A stretch of DNA of 64,000 nucleotides from Eledone cirrhosa (lineage: Eukaryota). Positions 51,724-64,000 of the stretch are shown piece by piece. The stretch is taken from assembly GCA_964016885.1 (NCBI GenBank), contig CAXHJY010001097.1, positions 1 through 64,000 on the forward strand, in the 5' to 3' direction. How positions within the stretch are numbered: the stretch's first letter is position 1; the number at the start of each line of letters is the position of its first letter. The position numbers were made by a program, and so were the translations under genes. The notes beneath the pieces are model-generated. The model saw only the letters and a list, made by a program, of their open reading frames with translations, was not told the DNA's origin and made no database searches.

Positions 51724-53328
51724 TCATTTGTTTCGGGCTGGATGTTGTGGCACCAACATAACTTTACATTGAAAGGGGTGGTGTGGATGGGGTGGGGGTA
51801 GTGGGACGTGGGTGTATTTTGTTAGAGGTGCCTACTGACTGTAGTAGGTTTCACTTTGTACTTAGGTAAGGCGGGTCTTCTCTATTACTGTGTAGTGCCA
51901 AAGCTCTCGATCCAGTGACATTGTCTTGGAGAGGTTTAAGTGTGTGAGCTCGGAATTTATCAAGTCGTCCCAGGTTTTTCTTGGTCCGCCTACTCCGTGG
52001 CTACCGTCTATTTTTATTGCCCTGCACTTTGTTATACAGCTGTCGTCTTTCATGCGCATCACGTGACCATACCAACGTAGTCTTCTCTCGAGTAAACAAC
52101 ATCTGAACCCTCTTATTTCTAATTTCTCCCTTAGTTCGTTTATGCTTTGCCGTTCACGTATATTACTATTACACATCCAGCGGAGCATGCAAGCTTCGTT
52201 TCTCTCCAGTCTGCGTATATCCTCTGCACACAATGCCCAGGTCTCACTGCCATGCAACATTGCTGTTCGTATGCAGGCATCATACAGCCTGCCTTTCATT
52301 TTTAGAGAGAACCCTTTAGAGGCTAATAGTGGTATAAGCTCTCTGAACTTTTCCCATCCAGTTCTGACTCTAGCTACTGTACTTTCAGAGCACCCTCCCC
52401 CACTGCTGATTTTGTCACCCAGGTAATGGAAGCTGTCTACTATTTCTATAGAACCATCTGTGCAATGGAATGAGCTAGTATTCTGTGGGCACTTGCTGCT
52501 ACATATTGCACCAGAGCACCGGCCACATATAAAATCTATATTCTTAGTTAGCTTACCTGTGATCCCACTACATCTTTTATGCACCCGTACTTTGCATTTG
52601 GGACATAAAATGGAGTTTCTACCTAGTCCTTTCCTACACACTGAGCATGGCCATTTCCCAGATGGGACCAGTGCCCTATTTTCCTTCCTACAAACTAGAA
52701 CTTTAGTCTTAGACAGGTTAATTTTAAGGCCTTTTGATTCTAGTCCATGCTTCCATGTTTGGAATTTCTCCTCTAGTTCAGCCATTGATTCAGCTATGAG
52801 CGTTAGATCATCTGCATATAGGAGTTCCCATGGGCAGCCGGTCTTGAACTCCTCTGTTATAGTCTGAAGGGCAATAATAAATAGTAGGGGGCTAAGGGCG
52901 GAGTCCTGATGAACACCAACTTTTACGTTAAACTCTTCACTATATTCGTTGTTAATTCTAACCTTGCTGACTGTATCTTTATACATGGCTTGTATAGCTC
53001 TCACAAGCCATTCATCAACACCTAGTTTTCTAAGAGCCCAGCAGATAATGGAACGGGGTACTCTGTCAAAGGCTTTCTCCAAGTCAACAAAAGCTAAGTA
53101 TAGGTGTTTACTTTTAGCTAGGTACTTCTCCTGTAGTTGTCGTACAATGAAAAGAGCGTCTGTTGCACTTTTACCTGACACAAACCCAAACTGCATTTCG
53201 TCTAGATCAATCCTCTCTCTGATTAGTTGCGCTATTACTTTTTCTGTGACCTTCATGACCTGGTCGATTAATTTAATGCCTCTATAGTTACCCCTATCTA
53301 GGGCATCTCCTTTACCCTGTAGCAGTTA
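51724..53328 (-). mobile_element. 5'-truncated RTE LINE, ORF remnant 51862..53256
   Basis: 464-aa RT+PHD remnant with the same truncation as 28168-30030. Confidence 0.92.
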
Positions 53329-53677
53329 TATATATATATATATATATATATATTCATATATATATATGTGAATATATATATATATGAATATATGAGTTCT
53401 ACAGCTGGATGCCCTTCCTAACACCAACCTCATTTACAGTGAGTGCTGGGTGCCTACACGTCCACTCTACAGTGTCGGATGCCATGGCACCTCCACAACC
53501 ACTTTGCAGTGGAATGATAGGGACCCCAGTCCCTATCATCTCATTTCTATAGTTGAGTAAACTGGAGCAATGTGAAGTAAAGTGTCTTGCTCAAGGAAAC
53601 AACACATCACCCGGTCTGATAATTGAACTCACAACCTTTCGTTTGCAAGGCCAATGCTCTAACCACTAAACCATGTG

Positions 53678-53786
<109 letters not shown>

Positions 53787-54041
53787 CATATACATATATA
53801 TATATCATATACATATATATATATCATATATATATATATCTATCTATCATATATATATATCATATATATATATCATATATATATATCTATATATATATAT
53901 CTATATATATATATATATATCATATACATATATATATATCTATATATATATATCTATATATATATATATATCATATATATATATATATATCATATACATA
54001 TATATATATCATATATATATATCATATACATATATATATAT

Positions 54042-56336
54042 AAAAGAAAGAAAGTTCAAGCATGTTCTACAACGTGAGGACCAAAAACGTGAGGTGTTCA
54101 GGATTGCCAGGCAATGTGTCAAGGAAAACCGTGATATTGTCGGGGAGAAGTGTGTACTTAACGATGATGGCATACTTGCCATCACCGACGCTGATAAGAA
54201 GGTAGCTTGGAAGTGTCACTACGAAAGGCTTCTAAATGAGGAGAACAAATGGGAGAAAGACAGTCTCCCCCACATCGACCCAATAGAGGGTCCAGCAGTG
54301 TTAGTCCAGGGTAGTACAATAAGCAAGGCAATCAAAGATATGAAGACGGGTAAGGCGGCTGGTCCTTCGGAAATAGTTGCTGAGATGCTGAAGGCATCTG
54401 GTTCGGTAGACACACCATGGTCACCCGGATAGTTAACCAAGTCGTACAGAATGGGGTTGTTCCGAAGGACTGGCGTAGCAGCATCATCGTTAACTGCTAT
54501 AAGGGAAAAGGAGATGCCCTAGATAGGAGTAACTATAGAGGCATTAAATTAATCGACCAGGTCATGAAGGTCACGGAAAAAGTAATAGCGCAACTAATCA
54601 GAGAGAGAATTGATCTAGATGAAATGCAGTTCGGGTTTGTGTCAGGCAAAAGTACCACAGACGCTCTTTTCATTGTACGACAACTACAGGAGAAGTACCT
54701 AGCTAAAATTAAACCCCTATACTTAGCTTTCGTCGACTTGGAGAAAGCCTTCGACAGAGTCCCCCGTTCCATTATCTGGTGGTCTCTTAGAAAACTAGGT
54801 GTTGACGAATGGCTTGTGAGAGCTATACAAGCCATGTATAAAGAAACAGTCAGTAAGGTTAGAATTAACAACGAATATAGTGAAGAGTTTAGCGTAAAAG
54901 TTGGTGTCCATCAGGGCTCTGTTCTTAGCCCCCTACTATTTATTATTGCCCTTCAGGCTATAACAGAGGAGTTCAAGACCGGCTGCCCATGGGAACTCCT
55001 ATACGCAGATGATCTAACGCTCATAGCTGAATCAATGGCCGAGCTAGAGAAGAAATTCCAAACATGGAAACTCCATTTTATGTCCCAAATGCAAAGTATG
55101 GGTGCATAAAAGATGTAGTGGGATCACAGGTAAGCTAACTAAGAACATAGATTTTACATGTGGCCGGTGCTCTGGTGCAATAAGTAGCAGCAAGTGCCCA
55201 CAAAATACTAGCTCCTTCAACTGCGCAGAGGGTTCTATAGAAATAGTGGACAGCTTCCGTTACCTGGGTGACAAAATCAGCAGTGGGGGAGGGTGCTCTG
55301 AAAGTACAGTAGCTAGAGTCAGAACTGGATGGAAAAAGTTCAGAGAGCTTATACCACTATTAGCCGCTAGAGGGTTCTCCCTAAAAATGAAAGGCAGGTT
55401 ATACGATTCCTGCATACGAACAGCAATGCTGCATGGCAGTGAGACCTGGGCATTGTGTGCAGAGGATATACGCAGACTAGAGAGGAACGAAGCTTGCATG
55501 CTCCGCTGGATGTGCAATAGTAATATAAGTGAACGGCAAAGCATAAACGAACTAAGGAAAAAATTAGAAATAAGAGGGATCAGATGTTGTTTACTCAAGA
55601 GAAGGCTACGTTGGTACGGTCACGTGATGCACATGAAAGACGACAGCTGTATAACAAAGTGCAGGGCAATAAAGATAGACGGTAGCCACGGAGTAGGCAG
55701 ACCCAGAAAAACCTGGGACGAGCTGATAAATTCCGACCTCACACGCTTACACCTCTCCAAGACAATGTCACTGGACCGAGACCTTTGGCGGTACTCAGTA
55801 ATAGAGAAGACCCGCCTTACCTAAATACAAAGTAAAAACCTACTACAGTCAGTAGGCATCTCTATCAAAACACCCCCCCGTCCCACCACCTCCACCTCCA
55901 CCCCATCCACACCGCCCCTTCAATGTAAAGTTATGTTGGTCCCACAACATCCAGGCCGAAACAAATGAGATCGTGTAGGTGTCACGACAAAAAACACACA
56001 GTCCACGCTGTAAATGTGGCCGTGTAGGCAACACGGTAAAAACCTCCCAGCCCCACACTGTAAATGTGGTTGGTGTTAGGAAGGGCATCCAGCTGTAGAA
56101 AACCCGCCAGACAGTCCACGCTGTAATGTGGCCGTGTAGGCAACACGGTAAAAACCTCCCAGCCCCACACTGTAAATGTGGTTGGTGTTAGGAAGGGCAT
56201 CCAACTGTAGAAAACCCGCCAGACAGTCCTATGCGAGCAAGACAACCACTCTTGCCTCAAGTGGGAAAACCCTCGTCCAAACCCATGCAAGCGTGGAACA
56301 CGGACGCTAAACCTGATGATGATGATGATGATGATA
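54042..56336 (+). mobile_element. 5'-truncated RTE LINE (family 1) with frameshift (~54410), internal deletion (~55069) and 3' UTR tandem duplication
   Basis: ORF pieces (end of 53623..54432, 54417..55109, 55102..55824) match the 22599-25877 protein. (GAT)n tail at ~56315-56336. Confidence 0.92.
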
Positions 56337-56374
56337 TCATATACATATACATATATATATATATATATATATCA

Positions 56375-56407
<33 letters not shown>

Positions 56408-57153
56408 GAATGTATGTATAGTATATTTGGTGATATACTGTATGTTTAATTATAAACATTTTGAAGAGCTTGTGCTATTATTTTAAAGTAGTGACTATGT
56501 CATTTACTTCTTTTTTCAGCAAAGGAAGGGACATAAACTGACAGATCTATTTTACACTTATTTACATTGCAGAGTGTAATTTATATCTATAGATAACAGT
56601 TTATCCATAGATTTATTTCTATAGAGAAAATTCTTTGTCTTTCTGTTTCTCTGTCTGTTCTTATGCATTCTCAAAAGGTGACAAAATCAAATGGAATTTT
56701 ACAAGGTAAAAGGATTAGACCCCCCAGGGTGTATCAACCTGTAATTTATAATTTCATTTGGATTAAAATAATATATTTGATCTAAACTAATCCTTCTATA
56801 GTGAACTATAGTAAACCATGACGACGACACGTATGTGTCTGCCTGCGTGTGTGTGTGTGAGTGTGTGTGTGTCAATGTGAATGGTTGCGAATTTGTTAAA
56901 TATGGTAGGCCTCAGAGAATTCAACACGCATCATCATCATCATTTGTCTACTACTGTCGAGATGATGGATCTCACTCTCATGCCCCAGAATTCCGTCCCC
57001 CATGTAATGTGCAGCTACTACAATTATTCAACAAATTTATTTATAACAGATTCGAAGCACTCTCCTGTATTCTTCTGGAGTTTAATATCAATGATATTAA
57101 TAAATGGAAACTATCTTTAAAATAAGCTATAAAATAAAATAAATATATATCAT

Positions 57154-57200
<47 letters not shown>

Positions 57201-57352
57201 AGTATATGTTGAGTATATGTTGGTTGTTCGAATTCATATAATTCCAGTTCCTCAGAAAAATAACAACCCAACCAGGAGCTGGACATATCGGAGTATTGAC
57301 GGAGTAAAACACTTTAACAACATGTGCACCTGTCTCTACCACACCAATTCGA

Positions 57353-57407
57353 ACTGCCTGAAGAGGTCACAGCCAATGATGGCTGTCACCGAAATATATA
57401 TAGCAGT
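57353..57407 (+). ncRNA. Minimal type I hammerhead ribozyme (family A)
   Basis: Identical to 32187-32241. Confidence 0.88.
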
Positions 57408-57922
57408 ACATCTTTAATAAACGAAGCCAAATCTTAAATATTTGACTTAATTACTTTATTTTATATATATATATATATAGGAACAGCGTCAAGACCCCGA
57501 TGGCTGAGCTCCAGGCATTTCGACAGTTAGATCCGAACTCACCCACTTCACTACACTAAGTATTGAGTACTCTGGTGCGTTATAATCCACCTTACCACAC
57601 TTTCTTTGTTATATATACATAGATGAATATGTATATATTCTCTATACACTTGCATATGTACTACTAGTGTCCTCGTTTTTCCCGAGTAACTCTACCTTAA
57701 TGCCTCTCTAATTTCTGTTGCATGAATTCCACTCTGTGCCTTTTTAACTTTTAATTTTTAATTTTAATTATTGTGTAATTTATATATATACATATATGTA
57801 CATATATATATATATATATACATATATGTATATATCTATATATATATATCTATATATATATATCTATATATATATATCTATATATATATATCTATATATA
57901 TATATCTATATATATATATCTA

Positions 57923-57965
<43 letters not shown>

Positions 57966-59876
57966 TGGTAGAGAATGTTGAGAAGCCAGAGGGGATCACT
58001 AATGTAGGCAGAAAGCTGCTAGAATTGGTTGAGGACTTCTTGTATTTGGGAGCAAAGATTGGGAATACGGAAGATGATGTGGTTGAGAGGAAGAGCAAAG
58101 CATGGGTGGCGTGCCACAGCTTGAGATCGATGTGGAAATCGGACCTTCGTAAAGACCTGAAAATCCGCCTCTTCATTGCTGTAGTGGAGTCTGTGCTGCT
58201 GTACGGGTCTGAGACTTGGACACTGACCGAGAAACTCACTCAGATGCTCGATGGGTGCTACACGAGAATGCTGAGGATGGCTCAGAACATTAATCAGTAT
58301 ACACTGAGGATGAAAAACTCAGAGATGTATGGGAGCCTCCCAAAAGTCAGCTCAAAAGTGACACAGAGGAGACTGAGGTTAGCTGGACATGCTCACCGAT
58401 ATCCAGAGTTGACATTGCACTCAGTGTTCCTTTGGGAGACCCTACATGGACACACTGGAAGAGGAAGACCAAGGTTAACTATGTTGATGCCCTAAGGTCT
58501 GTTGGAGACGTAGGACATGGCAGCGATAATGAGGGACAGAGACCGCTGGAGAGAACTTATCCATGGATCTCGGGAATTTTACCTGCCCTATATATATATA
58601 TATATATGTGTGTGCGTGATGTATATGAGCTTGCATCTTCTGATGGATGTGTAATAGTAATATATGTGAACGCCAAAGCATAAACGAACTGAAAGAGAGA
58701 CTAAGCATAAGAGGAATGAAATGTTGTGTGCAAGAGGTTGTGTTGGTATCAATCTGTGATGTGTATGAAGGATGACAGCTGCATAAAAAGGTTCAGAGCA
58801 CTCTATTTGATGGAAGCCTTGGTGCGAGGAGAGCCAGGAAGACTTGGGATGAGGCGATAAAAGCTGACCTTGCCCAATTGCACCTCTCAATGGCAGAGGA
58901 CCAAGATCTCTGGTGTTACGTAATAATACAGTAAACCTCACTTCCCACAGGCCCAGGCCGAGCCTGAAGCATATATACAGTGTGAAAAACACCACCTAAC
59001 CCACCCACCCCCATACATCTTCCATGAGGACAGGCTGAAGTACCCATCTAGTGAAGCCCATATCCCACACTATAAAGTGTTTGTGTAGGTGTCATAACAA
59101 AAAACACACAGTCCACACTGTAAAGTGGTCAGGTAGGTGTCATAACAAAGCACCCAGTCCACACTGTAAAGTGGTTGTGTAGGTGACATGACATAAACAC
59201 CCAGTCTACACTGTAAAGTGGTCATGTAGGTGTCACAACAAAAAACACCCAGTCCACACTATAAAGTGGTCATGTAGGTGTCATGACAAAAAGGGGCCAA
59301 CCACACTGTAAATAAGGTTGGTGTTAGGAAGGACATCCAGCTGTAGAATAAGCTAAAATCAGTTTTGTACAAACAAGACATGGTCACCAGACTTGCCCAC
59401 AACAAGACAACAAGTCTAACCCATGCTAGTGTGGAATAATGGATGTAAACCAGTGATGATGATCTACTCTGTCATATATATTGACATGATGATTCTGTTA
59501 TGGAATTACAATAAACACATGCCTAGTTGTGGAATACTCAGCCATAAACATATTATTTGTGGTGTGTTAGTATATGTGTGTGAGTGTAAGTTACTCTGTG
59601 TGGGTGTGTGGTAGAATGAATGTACATACGTGCTGTGTGTCTTCTCTAATATATCAATATGAAGAGAACACTTGACCTTACCTCATCAATGTTTTGTTCA
59701 AAGTCAAGATACAGATTTGTTTCACAATAAACAACTTTGATAACATTCTATTTAAGTTTTTATTCTATATCAATCTGTCATCATCATCATCAACAACTTT
59801 TCATTCAGCCATCTAATGGGACAGTTAAGCTCCAGCTAGCATGTTAAAAGCTGGATCTCCTTCCTAATGCCACCCT

Positions 59877-62800
59877 CATTTACAGTGTGGACTGGGTGCT
59901 TTTTGTCATGACAACTACATGACCATTTTACAGAGTGGACTGGGTGCTTTTTCTCATGTCACCTACAGAACCACTCTACAGTGTGGACTGGGTGCTTTTT
60001 GTTATGACACCTACACAACCACTTTATAGAGTAGACTGTGTGTTTTGTCGTGACACCTACATGACCACTTTACAGAGTGGACTGGGTGCTTTTTGTCATG
60101 ACACATACACAACCACTTAACAGAGTGGACTGGGTGCTTTTTTGTGACACCTACATGATCACTTTACAGTGTGCACTGGGTGCTTTTTCTCAGGACATCT
60201 ACATGACTACTTTACAGTGTGGACTGGGTCCTTTTAGTCATGTCACCTACACAACCACTTTACAGTGTAGACAGGGTGCTTTTAGTCATGTCACCTACAC
60301 AACCACTTTACAGTGTGGACTGGGTGCTTTTAGTCATGTCACCTACACAACCACTTTACAGTGTGGACTGGGTGCTTTTTGTCATGACACCTACACAATC
60401 ACTTTACAGTATGGACTGGGTGCTTTTTGTCATGACACCTACACATCCACTTTACAGTGTAGACTTGGTGCTTTTTGTCATGACAGCTACACAACCACTT
60501 TATAGTGTGGACTGGGTGCTTTGTTGTGACACCTACACAAACACTTTAGGGAGTGGACTGGGTTCTTTTTGTCATGACACCTACATGACGACTTTACAGA
60601 GTAGACTGGGTGCTTTTTTGTGACACCTATATGACCACATTACAGTGTAGACTGGGTGCTTTTTGTCATCACACCTACATGACCACTTCACAGTGTAGAC
60701 TGGGTGCTTTTTGTCATGACACCTACATGACCACATTACAGTGTAGACTGGGTGCTTTTTGTCATGACACCTACATGACCACTTTACAGTGAGTAGTGGG
60801 TCCTTTTTGTCATAACATCTACACAACCACATTACAGTGTAGACTGGGTGCTTTTTGTCATGACACCTACATGACCACTTCACAGTGTAGACTGGGTGCT
60901 TTTTGTCATGACACCTACATGACCAAATTACAGTGTAAATTGGGTGCTTTTTGTCATGACACCTACATGACCACTTTACAGTGAGTAGTGGGTCCTTTTT
61001 GTCATGACATCTACACAACCACATTACAGAGTAGGCTGGGTGCTTTTTGTCATGACACGTACACAACCACTTTACAGGGTGGACTGGGTGGTTTTTGACA
61101 TTTCACCTACATGACCACTTTACAGTGTGAACTGGGTGCTTTTGGTTCTGACACCTACACAACCACTTTACAGAGTGGACTGGGTCCTTTTTGTTGTGAC
61201 ACCTACATAACCACTTTACAGTGTCGACTGGGTGTTTTTGTTGTGACACCTACACACCCACTTTACAGGGTGGACTGGGTGCTTTTTGTCATGACACCTA
61301 CATGACCACATTACAGTGTAGGCTGGGTGCTTTTTGTCATGACACGTACATGACACTTTACAGTGTGGACTGGGTGCTTTTTGTTATGACACCTACACAA
61401 CCACTTTACAGTGAGGACTGGGTGCTTTTTGTCATGACACCTACATGACCACTTTACAGTGAGGACTGGGTGCTTTTTGTCATGACACCTACATGACCAC
61501 TTTACAGTGTGGACTGGGTGCTTTTTGTCATGACACCTACATGACCACTTTACAGTGTGGACTGGGTGCTTTGTTGTGACAGCTACATGACTACTTTACA
61601 GTGTGGACTGGGTGCTTTTTGTCATGACACCTACACAACCACTTTACAGAGTGGACTGGGTGCTTTTTGTCACGACACCTACATGACCACTTTACAGAGT
61701 AGACTGGGTGCTTTTTTTGTGACACCTACATGACCACTTTACTGTGTGGACTGGGTGCTTTTTATCATGACACCTACACAACCACTTTACAGGGTGGACT
61801 GGGTGCTTTTTGTCATGACACCTACATGACCACTTTACAGTGTGGACTAGGTGCTTTTGTTTCTGACACCTACACAACCACTTTACAGAGTGGACTGGGT
61901 CCTTTTTGTTGTGACACCTACACAACCACTTTACAGTGTCGACTGGGTGTTTTTGTTGTGACACCTACACAACCACTTTACAGGGTGGACTGGGTGCTTT
62001 TTGTCATGACACCTACATGACCACTTTACAGTGTGGACTGGGTGCTTTGTTGTGACAGCTACATGACTACTTTACAGTGTGGACTGGTTACTCTCCGTCA
62101 TGACACCTACATGAACACTTTACAGGGTGGACTGGGTGCTATTTGTCATGACACCTACATGATCACTTTACAGTGAGTAGTGGGTCCTGTTTGTCATGAC
62201 ATCTACACAACCACATTACAGTGTAGGCTGGGTGCTTTTTGTCATGACACGTACATGACACTTTACAGTGTGGACTGGGTGCTTTTTGTCATGACACCTA
62301 CACAACCACTTTACAGAGTGAACTGGGTGCTTTTTGTCATGACACCTACATGACCACTTTACTGAGTAGACTGGGTGCTTTTTTGGTGACACCTACATGA
62401 CCACTTTACAGAGTGGACTGGGTGCTTATTGTTATGACACCTACATGACCACTTTACTGTGTGGACTGGGTGCTTTTTATCATGACACCTACACAACCAC
62501 TTTATAGGGTGGACTGGGTGCTTTTTGTCATGACACCTACATGACCACTTTACAGTGTAGACTGGGTGCTTTGTTGTGACAGCTACATGACTACTTTACA
62601 GTGTGGACTGGGTGCTTTTTGTCATGACGCCTACATGACCACTTTACAGTGTGGACTGGGTGCTTTGTTGTGACAGCTACATGACTACTTTACAGTGTGG
62701 ACTGGTTACTCTCCGTCATGACACCTACATGAACACTTTACAGGGTGGACTGGGTGCTATTTGTCATGACACCTACATGACCACTTTAGAGAGTAGACTG

Positions 62801-64000
62801 TGTGCTTTTTTTGTGACACCTACATGACCACTTTACTGTGTGGACTGGGTGCTTTTTATCATGACACCTACACAACCACTTTACAGGGTGGACTGGGTGC
62901 TTTTTGACATGACACCTACATGACCACTTTACAGTGAGGACTGGGTGCTTTTTGTCATGACACCTACATGACCACTTTACAGTGTGGACTAGGTGCATTT
63001 TGTCATGACACCTACACAACCTCATTACAATGTAGACTGAGTGCTTTTTGTCATGACCCCTACGCAACCACTTTACAGTGTGGACTGGGTGCTTTTGGTT
63101 CTGACACATACACAACCACTTTACAGAGTGGACTGGGTCCTTTTTGTTGTGACAGCTACACAACCACTTTACAGTGTCAACTGGGTGATTTTTGTCACGA
63201 CACCTACATGACCACTTTAGAGTGTGGACTGATTGCTTTTTGTCATGACACCTACATGACCACTTTACTGTGTGGACTGGGTGCTTTTTGTTATGACACC
63301 TACACAACCACTTTACAGAGTGGACTGGGTGCTTTTTGTCACGACACCTACATGACCACTTTACAGTGTGGACTGGGTGCTATTTGTCATGACAGCTACA
63401 TGACCACTTTACAGTGTGGACTGGGTGCTTTGTTGTGACAGCTCCATGACTTCTTTACAGTGTGGACTGGGTGCTTTTTGTCATGACACCTACAAAAACC
63501 ACTTTACAGAGTGGACTGGGTGCTTTTTGTCACGACACCTACTTGACCACTTTACAGGGTGGACTGGGTGCTATTTGTGATGACACCTACATGACCACTT
63601 TACAGAGTAGACTGGGTGCTTTTTTGTGACACCTACATGGACACTTTACAGTGTGGACTGGGTTCTTTTTATCATGACACATACACAACCACTTTACAGG
63701 GTGGACTGGGTGCTTTTTGTCATGACACCTACATAACCACTTCACTGGGTGGACTGGGTGGTTTTTGTAGTGAAACATACCTGACCACTTCACAGTGTGG
63801 ACTGGGTGCTTTTTGTCATGACACCTACATCACCACTTTACAGTGTGGACTAGGTGCTTTTGGTTCTGACACCTACACAACCACTTTACAGAGTGGACTG
63901 GGTCCTTTTTGTTGTGACACCTACACAACCACTTTACATGTCGACTGGGTGCTTTTTGTTGTGACACCTACACAACCACTTCACAGGGTGGACTGGGTTC
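59877..64000. repeat. 48-bp satellite array, >85 units (truncated by the window end)
   Basis: Same unit and left flank as the other arrays. Confidence 0.95.

Larger units (their letters stand above)
56406..64000. repeat. Segmental duplicate unit 3 (runs off the window)
   Basis: Colinear with units 1 and 2. Confidence 0.92.

Overview
Eukaryotic, AT-rich, microsatellite-laden genomic DNA. The abundance of (TA)n, RTE-clade LINEs and tRNA-derived SINEs suggests a mollusc, probably an octopod cephalopod (inference). There is one convincing host coding region: a >5.3-kb uninterrupted minus-strand frame (6365 down to ~950) encoding about six tandem NHL-like beta-propeller domains with an inserted heptad coiled coil and a probable terminal frameshift. 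The rest is mobile DNA: two full-length APE+RT RTE LINEs that carry a C4HC3 PHD finger inside the RT region, many truncated RTE copies, a CRE-like relic, SINEs, a 21-bp minisatellite, and three tandem ~8-kb segmental duplicates that each contain a 48-bp satellite expanded from the LINE 3' UTR. The most striking unannotated signal is a set of short non-coding elements inserted in (TA)n tracts that carry minimal type I hammerhead ribozymes. There are three sequence families with intact cores (8 motifs), plus degenerate and half motifs. They are arranged as Penelope-like inverted pLTRs or, in one case, as a retrozyme-like 595-nt direct-repeat unit with a U3-A8 covariant core. All calls were made by eye, with no database searches.
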